Below, in pieces: positions 38,670-46,700 of a stretch of DNA of 64,000 bases (the first letter of the stretch is position 1; every line of letters starts with the position of its first letter). Made by a program: the position numbers and the translations under genes. The DNA is taken from positions 5,232 through 69,231 of the forward strand of contig PSPX01000003.1 of assembly GCA_004195715.1 (NCBI GenBank). Direction: 5' to 3'. Under the pieces are notes generated by a model. That model did no database searches. It had not been told where the DNA came from and worked only from the letters and a program-made list of their open reading frames with translations. The stretch comes from Methanobacteriota archaeon. Lineage in GTDB: Archaea; Thermoplasmatota; Poseidoniia; Poseidoniales; Thalassarchaeaceae.

Positions 38670-39689
38670 ATGGACATTGAACTCCTTGAGAAGACCGCAA
38701 GCGAACTGGTGGCTCCGGGCAAGGGAATACTCGCCGCTGATGAGAGCAACGGGACGATGTCGAAGCGCTTGGCTGCTGCCGGAGTCGAGCCCTCGTCTGA
38801 GTCTCGGCGCTCGTACCGAGCAAACTTGCTTGATACAGCAGGATACGAATCTGCTGTCGGAGGCGTCATATTGTTCGATGAGACAATCAGACAGAACATG
38901 GACGACGGCTCTCTCATAGCTGAGGCACTGAGTTCCAGAGGAATCCACCCAGGAATCAAGGTTGACACAGGGGCAAAGGATCTCGCCAATCACCCGGGTG
39001 AGAAAATTACAGAGGGTCTCGATGGACTTAGGGAACGCTGCATCGAGTATTTCGAGATGGGCGCGCGTTTCGCCAAGTGGCGAGCTGTCATCCGTATCTC
39101 TGAGGGGATACCTAGTCCTGCCTGCATATCTACCAACGCACACGCGCTGGCCCGATACGCTGCAATCTGCCAGGAGCAGGGGCTGGTCCCCATCATCGAG
39201 CCAGAGGTACTGATGGATGGCTCCCATGACGCGCAGCGCTGCTATGACGCCACAGCCGAGATTCTCGATGCGACCTTCGCCGCTTGCGCTGAGCAGGGCA
39301 TCCACATCCCGGGAGCACTGCTCAAACCCAACATGATCATCGCTGGCAACGACTGCCCCAACCAAATCTCGAGGGAAGAAGTGGCTAGGATGACAATCGA
39401 CTGTCTGATCAATCACGTCCCGCAAGACCTGCCGGGCATAGTCTTCCTCTCAGGAGGCCAGTCTGACAAGGATGCGACAGCCCACCTCAATCTGATGAAC
39501 CAGATGGATGTCGAGCACCCTTGGCAACTTTCTTACTCCTACGGCCGGGCACTGCAGGCACACGCCCTCACGACTTGGGCCAAAGGAGGTTCCGAGTCTG
39601 CAGCCGCTAGCCAGCGGATGTTCGCTCACCGGGCCGGCATGAACAGCCTAGCTCGAAGCGGTGATTGGGGACCCGACTTAGAGGTCTGA
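38670..39689 (+). CDS. Fructose-bisphosphate aldolase class I (bacterial/eukaryotic-type)
   Basis: Conserved start MDIELLEKTASELVAPGKGILAADES at ATG 38670. GIKVDTG, GLDGLRERC...GARFAKWR, and the Schiff-base Lys region LLKPNM. Confidence 0.85.
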   Translation: MDIELLEKTASELVAPGKGILAADESNGTMSKRLAAAGVEPSSESRRSYRANLLDTAGYESAVGGVILFDETIRQNMDDGSLIAEALSSRGIHPGIKVDTGAKDLANHPGEKITEGLDGLRERCIEYFEMGARFAKWRAVIRISEGIPSPACISTNAHALARYAAICQEQGLVPIIEPEVLMDGSHDAQRCYDATAEILDATFAACAEQGIHIPGALLKPNMIIAGNDCPNQISREEVARMTIDCLINHVPQDLPGIVFLSGGQSDKDATAHLNLMNQMDVEHPWQLSYSYGRALQAHALTTWAKGGSESAAASQRMFAHRAGMNSLARSGDWGPDLEV

Positions 39690-39941
39690 TTAGTTTTCGT
39701 CCAAGGCCCCAGGTCTCAGTTGCCAGACACAGATTTCGTAGCGACCGGAGAGGGCACCGCCACGTTTTGTCGTTGCGACCTTCATGATGTCCTTGTCTTT
39801 AGACAGGACGTTCCCCAGTTGCTGGGGAGTAGTCCCATGACGCATGGTGGAGTTCACGTGCTCAAGAATCTCTGTCGTGTTGGCTTCTCCTCTGTCATCC
39901 AAGAATTTTTTTATCTTCTGTCGTAGTCTGGTTGTCCTCAT
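39690..39941 (-). CDS. Small winged-helix DNA-binding protein (83 aa)
   Basis: Basic N-terminal helix (RLRQKIKKFL), TTEILEHV, and a putative recognition helix/wing. Paralogous to the adjacent 88-aa ORF and to the N-terminus of the 873-aa protein. Confidence 0.4.
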   Translation of the reverse strand: MRTTRLRQKIKKFLDDRGEANTTEILEHVNSTMRHGTTPQQLGNVLSKDKDIMKVATTKRGGALSGRYEICVWQLRPGALDEN

Positions 39942-39951
39942 TTAATTCCTC

Positions 39952-40218
39952 CTATTTGTTGTCGGGCTTAGCACGCTCATGGTGCTGTACCCACTCCTTG
40001 GTCGCCCATTCCGAGAGTGGGGGGGTACTGCCGGTCATTCCGCTCTTGCGAACAGTTCCGATGCGGACGATACTCGTGTCTGTCTCCATCAGTGATGCTA
40101 GATCCAAGCTTCCAGAGTAGCCTTCCTGATCACTCAGCCAAGTTGCGATCTCAGCACTGTTCCTAGGCTGCTCAGAGATGTATTTGCGAATGATAAGTCG
40201 GATTTTTTCCACTTCCAT
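39952..40218 (-). CDS. Small winged-helix DNA-binding protein (88 aa), tandem paralog
   Basis: KIRLIIRKYISEQPRNSAEIATWLS... aligns with the 83-aa neighbour. Confidence 0.4.
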   Translation of the reverse strand: MEVEKIRLIIRKYISEQPRNSAEIATWLSDQEGYSGSLDLASLMETDTSIVRIGTVRKSGMTGSTPPLSEWATKEWVQHHERAKPDNK

Positions 40219-40472
40219 CTGTCTCCCTCAAGCATACTCTCGGACCCGGCAGTCGGCCCGATGCGCATAGGATGGCGGGCGCTGATATAACCGTTCTGCA
40301 CGAAATCACACCTTTTCGTTACAAATAGTTGCTAGAAATGAGGGAGTTTTCAGGTTTGAACCAAGTGTGGAAATGAAACTGATATATTCTCCATAGGAAA
40401 TATGTAATTAACTGTAACTAAACAACATAATTTAATACATCAACTTTAGTAAGATGTATTGAGAGGTGGCGA

Positions 40473-43094
40473 GTGGTGCCAAATGAATCCCCTGAGCCAC
40501 TGAAACCCGATTATTCAGGCAGTGCTTGGAAAATCAGGAGCAAGCATCGCAGGAGACTCCTTGACCGGCTAACTGAGGGCGGTGACACCGTCAGTGTGCT
40601 GGCTAGGGATGTTGAACTCAGGGTCCCGCACGCCTCAGCAGAGATAAAACGATTGAGAAACGATGGACTGGTCTCCAGCGACCTATCTGCTGGGAGTCGT
40701 GGAGCTAGGATTCACCTGACCGAATTGGGCTGGGAGTCAGTGAGTGCTGACGAGTGGTCCAGGGCATCCGAGGCCTCTCCCTTGCCCGAAGACTCTAGCA
40801 TGTGCTGCCTGCTGTTTCGTGATGGTCCAAACCTCCTGCTTGGAGTTATGGAGCCTTGCGACTCCCCATTACTGTTGATTCCGGATCGCCCCCCTGTTTC
40901 GATTCTGGGCAATTCTGGTTCCACCGGAAGCGATGGGGTCCTTTGGAGCTGGGCGGTACTCAGGGAGAGGGAACCCCGGTGGTTCGACCTCTCGTCAATG
41001 GAGCCCAAGCCAAGCCCTCCGCCTCCTTCCGATCCGGAGAACATAGCGGCTTACTCGGGACAGCGCACTGTCGTCGGGATAATCCGCGCTAGGCTGCTTG
41101 ACGCCGAGCGACCGATTGCCATAGCGCCGGGTCAGTGGTTCGGGTCTCCGGACTTCCGGCCCGCGCCCCCGTTGCCTGAGGGCGGCTATCATCGGGGCCC
41201 GTGGGTACTTGGTGCGTGCCACGAGATGTCACCGGAGATTAGGCCGAAGGAACCAGTGGTCGCTGTGATGGAAGACAGGCTCCCCCGCTCCATGCTGCTT
41301 AGGACAGCGAGGAATAATTCTCTGGTCATCGCGGATCTCGGAGGGCTGGACACCGAGGGTGACCCGTACCCATTGGCAGCCCTTGACCCATGGATCGAAA
41401 GGGCCCACCCGCGTCTGAGCGATGCTGAGAGGAAACGGAGACTAGGTGCCCTGAAGGACAGGGTCAGCAAGGCGAGAAAGGTCAGGACCGAGGATTCCAC
41501 CTGGCGTCGATTCAGACAAGATTGGGGTGAGTCGGTGTTCACCGAGGAAGGAGATTCAATCAGGATCCTTGACCTAAGGGGGCTGGGTGACACGGCGGCT
41601 GAGGCATTAGTGAGATGGGCAATCAATGACGATGGCAAACGCCCGCTGACTATCGAAGTCGGGGTTGATATGCCCGAGGAACTAATCTCTTCAATCGCTT
41701 CTCACTCCAATCTCCGAATGGCTCTCCTCGAGGGTGAAGCATCTGCGTTCTCCAGCTTCGACATACTGGATGCTGATCCCCTGAGGCCGCTGCCTTGGCT
41801 GCGCCTGACAACTAGGGGGGGGAGGGTACTGCCAATGCGACTGGTCGATCCAGCCCAGGTCCCTGAGTTTTCAGAATCCGATGAACCGGTCGTACTAGAG
41901 TGGGAATCCCTAGGCATCGACATCGAGTTGGTCGGGAATATCGAAGAGGGCCACCTCTCAGTCATCAATTCAGCTGTAGTTCAATATCCCACAGGCAATG
42001 AGGAGTGGGCCAACCAAATGGAAGCCAGATACCCAATTGCGGCTTGGATAGCATCTCCCGCTAGGACTAGATGGCCACGCTGGCAGAGACTCAGGAACCG
42101 ACTCAGTCCGGAGTGGCTAGCACTCATGAATCTGGACGACCTCCCGCTGGAGAGGCTGTCAGAGGTCGCCGACGAGGCACCCGACTCGGTTTTGGAAGAA
42201 TTCTCCAAGAAGATTACCAACAGATTCAGACAGGATTCCGATGCAGCACTCAGAACGAGACCAGCGACGGATCCGAAGCAAGCAACCCGCGGAGCCGCTT
42301 GGGTAGCAGCTCAACTGCTGTCAAACGCCCCCTGGCTACCTGAGCACATGCACTCGGACTTGCTCCATTGGGCACTGGAGGCATGGCTCTCCGAGCCCCC
42401 AAGCGATTCGATGCCTGCACTGCAGGGAGTCGCGTGGCTTTATTCTCCGGGCCGCAGCGATGAATCCAGTTTCAGACCAATACTTGAGGGGATTCGGAGC
42501 AAGGGAAAGGAATCTCCTTCTGGCCATGACCTGCACACTTGGGCCAGCCTAGCAGACATGATGCTGGACGATTCGAAGATGAATCTCGATGAATTGGAGA
42601 GAATACTGGAACTACCTCCCGGCTGGTGGGCACCGATTTCCGTCAAGATACTCTCTGGGCTATTGGAGGAGGAGGATTCTACAGATTGGGTCATCGCCAA
42701 TACCGTCCCCTGGTGTGCGGCAGTGCTGCGTCCGATAGGCGATTGCTGTCAGGCACCCGGACTCCGTTCCTACGAGCATCCCGGATGCGACTCAGAACTG
42801 TACTCCCGCCTTTCCCGGAGGTTGAGGGGCAGGCGTGAGCGTCAGGGCATGCCCGATACCGCTGAACCACTGCTCGATTTACTCGACGCCCTAGACGCGG
42901 TGAATGATGGCAAATCTCCTTCGCCGGGAAAGACGCATCCCCTATCGGGGTGGCTCGCCCAGCCGTTGGAGAAATGGCCGGAGTTCTCTTCGTCCGAGAT
43001 CATGGACGGCGATGTTCACATCACTGAGAGGCTGCTCTTGAGGAGCTCAGGGTATCATCCAAAAATCGTCCCTTCAATCTCGATTTCGGGTTGA
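40473..43094 (+). CDS. Large orphan protein (873 aa) with N-terminal winged-helix domain
   Basis: GTG start preceded by GAGGTGG. N-terminus KIRSKHRRRLLDRLTEGGDTVSVLARDVELRVPHASAEIKRLRNDGLV is the same wHTH family as the two small upstream proteins. The remainder has no recognizable catalytic motif, with a Cys cluster near the C-terminus (WCAAVLRPIGDCCQAPG...HPGC). Confidence 0.5.
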   Translation: MVPNESPEPLKPDYSGSAWKIRSKHRRRLLDRLTEGGDTVSVLARDVELRVPHASAEIKRLRNDGLVSSDLSAGSRGARIHLTELGWESVSADEWSRASEASPLPEDSSMCCLLFRDGPNLLLGVMEPCDSPLLLIPDRPPVSILGNSGSTGSDGVLWSWAVLREREPRWFDLSSMEPKPSPPPPSDPENIAAYSGQRTVVGIIRARLLDAERPIAIAPGQWFGSPDFRPAPPLPEGGYHRGPWVLGACHEMSPEIRPKEPVVAVMEDRLPRSMLLRTARNNSLVIADLGGLDTEGDPYPLAALDPWIERAHPRLSDAERKRRLGALKDRVSKARKVRTEDSTWRRFRQDWGESVFTEEGDSIRILDLRGLGDTAAEALVRWAINDDGKRPLTIEVGVDMPEELISSIASHSNLRMALLEGEASAFSSFDILDADPLRPLPWLRLTTRGGRVLPMRLVDPAQVPEFSESDEPVVLEWESLGIDIELVGNIEEGHLSVINSAVVQYPTGNEEWANQMEARYPIAAWIASPARTRWPRWQRLRNRLSPEWLALMNLDDLPLERLSEVADEAPDSVLEEFSKKITNRFRQDSDAALRTRPATDPKQATRGAAWVAAQLLSNAPWLPEHMHSDLLHWALEAWLSEPPSDSMPALQGVAWLYSPGRSDESSFRPILEGIRSKGKESPSGHDLHTWASLADMMLDDSKMNLDELERILELPPGWWAPISVKILSGLLEEEDSTDWVIANTVPWCAAVLRPIGDCCQAPGLRSYEHPGCDSELYSRLSRRLRGRRERQGMPDTAEPLLDLLDALDAVNDGKSPSPGKTHPLSGWLAQPLEKWPEFSSSEIMDGDVHITERLLLRSSGYHPKIVPSISISG

Positions 43095-43454
43095 AAGCCA
43101 GTAAATATCTGACCGAGGGGTTCTTGACCACCCCCCATGGCCGATGTTTGCCCGAGCTGCAACACCGTGGCGACGAAGCCCCCCGCTGGAGGAATAGGAT
43201 GAATCACGGTACCAAGTTCGGGTCACCACTTGCCGAAGACCAGTGTGACCAGCTGCAACGGAATGATCACTGGAGCAAATCAAGTGGCCGGATTGTGTTA
43301 GGTCCCCCGATGACCGGAAGGAATGACTCAAGGGACTACCCCACAGTTCGACAGACGTCCCGGGGTGGGTCAGGCGCCCGAGCTTTGCTGTGAAGGACCG
43401 CCGTTACGCCCCGGGGCACACACACTCCATTTGTCCAAAAAAGGCGGGAATCTG

Positions 43455-44471
43455 ATGCACGACATCGGCCTAATCGGCGGCACCTTTGACCGCTTCCATG
43501 CCGGACACCTATCGCTGATGGAGGCCGGTCTGTCCAAATGCTCCTTCATTGAGGCCTGGCTCACCGCAGATAGCCTTGCTCACTCGAAGGATCCGCGGGT
43601 GAATTCATGGGGTACAAGGGCTCAGGAGATGAAGGAGGCGTTGGGGGACGATGCTGGCAGAGTTAGATTCCATACCCTCGAAGATAACCACGGACCCGCA
43701 CCGGCGCATGCTGATGCCACAGCGATTATTTGCACCGGCGAGACCCGCGCCGAGTGTGAGGAAATTAACCGACTAAGAGAAGGCAGCGACCTGCCACCGC
43801 TACACATCATCAGCGTAGGACACGTACTCGCATGGGACGACAAGCCGATATCCAGCTCTAGAATCAGAGCAGGAGAGATCGACCGTAACGGAAAACCATG
43901 GATTCCAAACTCGATTAGGGCGGGCAGAGTGGTCTTGACATCCCAGATCGAAGCAGAACTCAAGGAGCCCTTCGGTCAGTTGGTTTCTGGCCCGGAAGAC
44001 AATCCCTCCGTTGCAATGACAGAAGTCCTCACCCATGTCGAAGGGGAGTCGGGGCCGGTCATCGCTGTCGGCGATGTGACAGTCCGCACTCTGCAGGACC
44101 TCAATCGGCCAGCCGACATCGCCCTCATCGATGGACTCACTAGGAGGGAGCCTTGGGAGGGCGCAGACGGAATCGACTCGTCTCTGTATGACAAGACCCT
44201 GCAGTGTTCCAGCCCTGCTGGTTCCCTGACGCCTTCGTTGCTGGAGGCCTGTGAGCGGGCAATGAAATCCTGGAAGGAAGGGCGGTTAACCCATCTAATT
44301 CAGGTCGAAGGTGAGGAAGATCTAGCCCCACTTATTTTGCATCCACTGGCTCCCTTGGGTGCTGTTGTGCTATATGGCCAACCAGGAAAAGGAGTCGTAG
44401 TCAGATGGTGTGGAGAGGACGCCAAACAGCGTTGTCGCAGACTGCTCAGCGAATTCGTTCCCGCCGAATGA
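43455..44471 (+). CDS. Bifunctional CoA biosynthesis protein: archaeal-type phosphopantetheine adenylyltransferase fused to a DUF359-type GTP-dependent dephospho-CoA kinase
   Basis: Conserved start MHDIGLIGGTFDRFHAGH (nucleotidyltransferase H-x-G-H) at ATG 43455. C-terminal half has VIAVGDVTV...ALIDGLTRRE...QVEGEEDLAPL...VVLYGQP blocks of DUF359 / archaeal DPCK. Confidence 0.65.
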   Translation: MHDIGLIGGTFDRFHAGHLSLMEAGLSKCSFIEAWLTADSLAHSKDPRVNSWGTRAQEMKEALGDDAGRVRFHTLEDNHGPAPAHADATAIICTGETRAECEEINRLREGSDLPPLHIISVGHVLAWDDKPISSSRIRAGEIDRNGKPWIPNSIRAGRVVLTSQIEAELKEPFGQLVSGPEDNPSVAMTEVLTHVEGESGPVIAVGDVTVRTLQDLNRPADIALIDGLTRREPWEGADGIDSSLYDKTLQCSSPAGSLTPSLLEACERAMKSWKEGRLTHLIQVEGEEDLAPLILHPLAPLGAVVLYGQPGKGVVVRWCGEDAKQRCRRLLSEFVPAE

Positions 44472-45005
44472 TCAGGACTCGGAATCAACCATCGTGTGGA
44501 TAGCGAAGCCGAAACTCACCATCACGATCATTACAGCGTAAACCCCTGGGTCGACCCAAGTCGTGTTCATCAAGCTCCAATAGAGGTAGAATCCAACACC
44601 GAGGGCGATGAGCCAACTTGCGATGGTGCGGTTGAAGCCTCCGTCAGGGGAGAACAGACTGGATGCAATTGTCCCTTGAGGGATGCCATTGACCCAAGCC
44701 GAGAAGCCACCTTCTACAGCCTTGCCTATTCCCATGGCACCTAGGCCTAGGAGGGCTACACCTATCAGTCCGAAGACGATGTCATCTGCGACCACTTCAA
44801 ACCCGTCATGGACAACGTTCGAAGCAGCGCTGTCACCAGTGATGAATCCGATCCACAGAACCTTGAATCCTGAGGAGTAGGCCCCGGAGAAGAGGTTCAC
44901 TGCAGTCAGCAATAGCACCCAGACACCGAGCAAGACGGCGGCGCTGGACGCAGTGCTACTGGGTCTGGTCAGGGCACTGCCCCACTCGGATTCTTGCATG
45001 GACAT
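44472..45005 (-). CDS. Hypothetical integral membrane protein
   Basis: About 4-5 predicted TM helices. The likely start is internal (MSMQESEW), which avoids overlap with orc1/cdc6. Confidence 0.4.
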   Translation of the reverse strand: MSMQESEWGSALTRPSSTASSAAVLLGVWVLLLTAVNLFSGAYSSGFKVLWIGFITGDSAASNVVHDGFEVVADDIVFGLIGVALLGLGAMGIGKAVEGGFSAWVNGIPQGTIASSLFSPDGGFNRTIASWLIALGVGFYLYWSLMNTTWVDPGVYAVMIVMVSFGFAIHTMVDSES

Positions 45006-45060
45006 CGAGCCGGCGACCTTGACCTTCGGTTTAACGATTGTCTGAGGGAAGAACAGCTTC

Positions 45061-46299
45061 TCAGAGTTGACCCTGCAGGTTGTATCTGCCGAGCGCGGCC
45101 TCGGCAATCATAGGTTCACTCTCACTCATTGTAGCGATGGCGTCCACCGCCTTGGGTATGGCCGAGTTGACCTGTTTACTCCTACCGCCGCGGCCCTTGC
45201 TGACGTTCCTAGCCATAATCAGCCCGAGCGTATCGAGTTCGTTGAGCAGCGAAGATATCCTCCTAGGGGTGAGCGGCTCGACACTGATCTTCATGCATGC
45301 TTCGGCATAAGTCCGGTAAGTCTCCCCAGTGGAGATGTTCCTCAGGCCGTTATCTTCGTTCATCCTAATTGAGAATAGCAACAACTTTTGGTGCAGTGGC
45401 AGAGTCTTCAGCACAGGAGTAACTTGGTCGTACTCCAACTGACTCTGCGCCAATCTGACGTGCCTGGGGTCTACAACCTTCTGAGCTCGCTGCTCTGCCT
45501 TCTGCACTGAGATGCGTAACAGGTCGAGCGCTCTGCGCGCGTCCCCGTGCTCCTGTGCGGCCAGTGCCGAGCAGAGTTCGAGCACACCAGAATCGAGGAC
45601 CCCCTCGCGAAGACCGGTGCTAACACGCTCGGTTAGGATGTCCTGAATCTCTGGAGCCCCGTAGGGGTGGAAGACGACATCCTCCTGACTGAGCCTCGAG
45701 CTGACCCGAGGATCGAGCTGCTGAGTGAAGTGCAGATCGTTGCTGATCCCGATGAGACAGCAGCGGGCGTTTTTCAGAGAGGTATTCAAGCTGGTCAGGT
45801 TGTACAGCAAACCATCTCCAGCTCTGGCCACGAGATTGTCGATCTCGTCCAGCACTAGAATGTGCACCCCTCCTGCCCGATCCATCCTCTCAATCAGAAC
45901 TTCGAGAACCCTGTCGGTGGGCCAACCGGTGAATGGGATTGGAGTATCTCCCCGTCGAGCGAGTTGGGAGGCGATACTCTGAACGACGCGATACTTGGTG
46001 TCCACGACACGGCAGTTGATCTCGTAGGTCTCAACGCTCTGCCCCATCTCCTTGCCCTTGTCGAGAAGCTGCCCTAAGACGAATCTTGTGACCACGGTTT
46101 TGCCTGACCCGGGTACTCCATAGAGCAGCATGTTCGAAGGGATGTGGCCATTCAAGGCATCAACCATATTGCGTACCAAAGCATCCACTTCGTGTTCTCT
46201 GTGAGGCAGGGTAGATGGCTCGAAGGCGTGATCAAACGCTCGCCTGTCGACGAAGAGACTGTCTTGCCCGAGAATCTTTTCGAAAATGTTTCCTTCCAT
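45061..46299 (-). CDS. cdc6: Orc1/Cdc6 replication initiator
   Basis: 412 aa. LLYGVPGSGKT (Walker A), VLDEID (Walker B), sensor regions, and a C-terminal winged helix. Confidence 0.9.
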   Translation of the reverse strand: MEGNIFEKILGQDSLFVDRRAFDHAFEPSTLPHREHEVDALVRNMVDALNGHIPSNMLLYGVPGSGKTVVTRFVLGQLLDKGKEMGQSVETYEINCRVVDTKYRVVQSIASQLARRGDTPIPFTGWPTDRVLEVLIERMDRAGGVHILVLDEIDNLVARAGDGLLYNLTSLNTSLKNARCCLIGISNDLHFTQQLDPRVSSRLSQEDVVFHPYGAPEIQDILTERVSTGLREGVLDSGVLELCSALAAQEHGDARRALDLLRISVQKAEQRAQKVVDPRHVRLAQSQLEYDQVTPVLKTLPLHQKLLLFSIRMNEDNGLRNISTGETYRTYAEACMKISVEPLTPRRISSLLNELDTLGLIMARNVSKGRGGRSKQVNSAIPKAVDAIATMSESEPMIAEAALGRYNLQGQL

Positions 46300-46700
46300 T
46301 TTCTTTCACCAAGGGTCCAGTCGCGTATCCAGCTCCCTCTTACTCTGGTCGAGTAGGTGTCGGCGAACGCGGATTCTCAGCGAGGGTGCAGGGGGTAATA
46401 AGACTGTCCGAGAAGAACGAAATCTTGCTTGATTATCATGCCCTCTAATGCCTCAGTACCATGGCCCTCTAACATCCGCCTAAGAACTCTCTTAGTTGTA
46501 CTCAGTCAGGCTTTTTTATCAATATAATTTCAGTGTATTTATTGCATCTAATTCATTCATTCATGTATTTCTCCCGCCCCTGTCACTATGGCAAGTGATC
46601 GAACCTGCCGAGGCTTCTTCGACAGCGATATTCGACACTATCTCTGTGAACTACTCAGGGCTCCGATGTAAGCTAATATAAAACAAGATAAATTATTCAC
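46300..46700. other. Candidate replication origin (oriC): AT-rich intergenic region adjacent to orc1/cdc6
   Basis: ~400-bp non-coding region, markedly AT-rich at 46510-46575 (DUE-like). Direct repeats GCCCTCTAA x2 (46441-46473). Palindrome CTAAGAactcTCTTAG (46480-46495). ORB-like dyad TCACTatggcaAGTGA next to a C/G-string CTCCCGCCCC (46571-46598). Confidence 0.45.

Noticed and set aside
43323-43454. ATG at 43323 as start of the PPAT/DPCK gene
   Set aside because: The 44-aa extension (MTQGTTPQFDRRPGVGQAPELCCEGPPL...) is low-complexity and not PPAT-like. The conserved MHDIGLIGGTFDRFHAGH begins at 43455. Some residual uncertainty is noted in the findings.
46300-46700. Interpreting the AT-rich region solely as the orc1/cdc6 promoter
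   Set aside because: A promoter alone does not need ~400 bp with a DUE-like AT tract, dyad plus G-string, and multiple repeats. The origin interpretation is favored but unproven.
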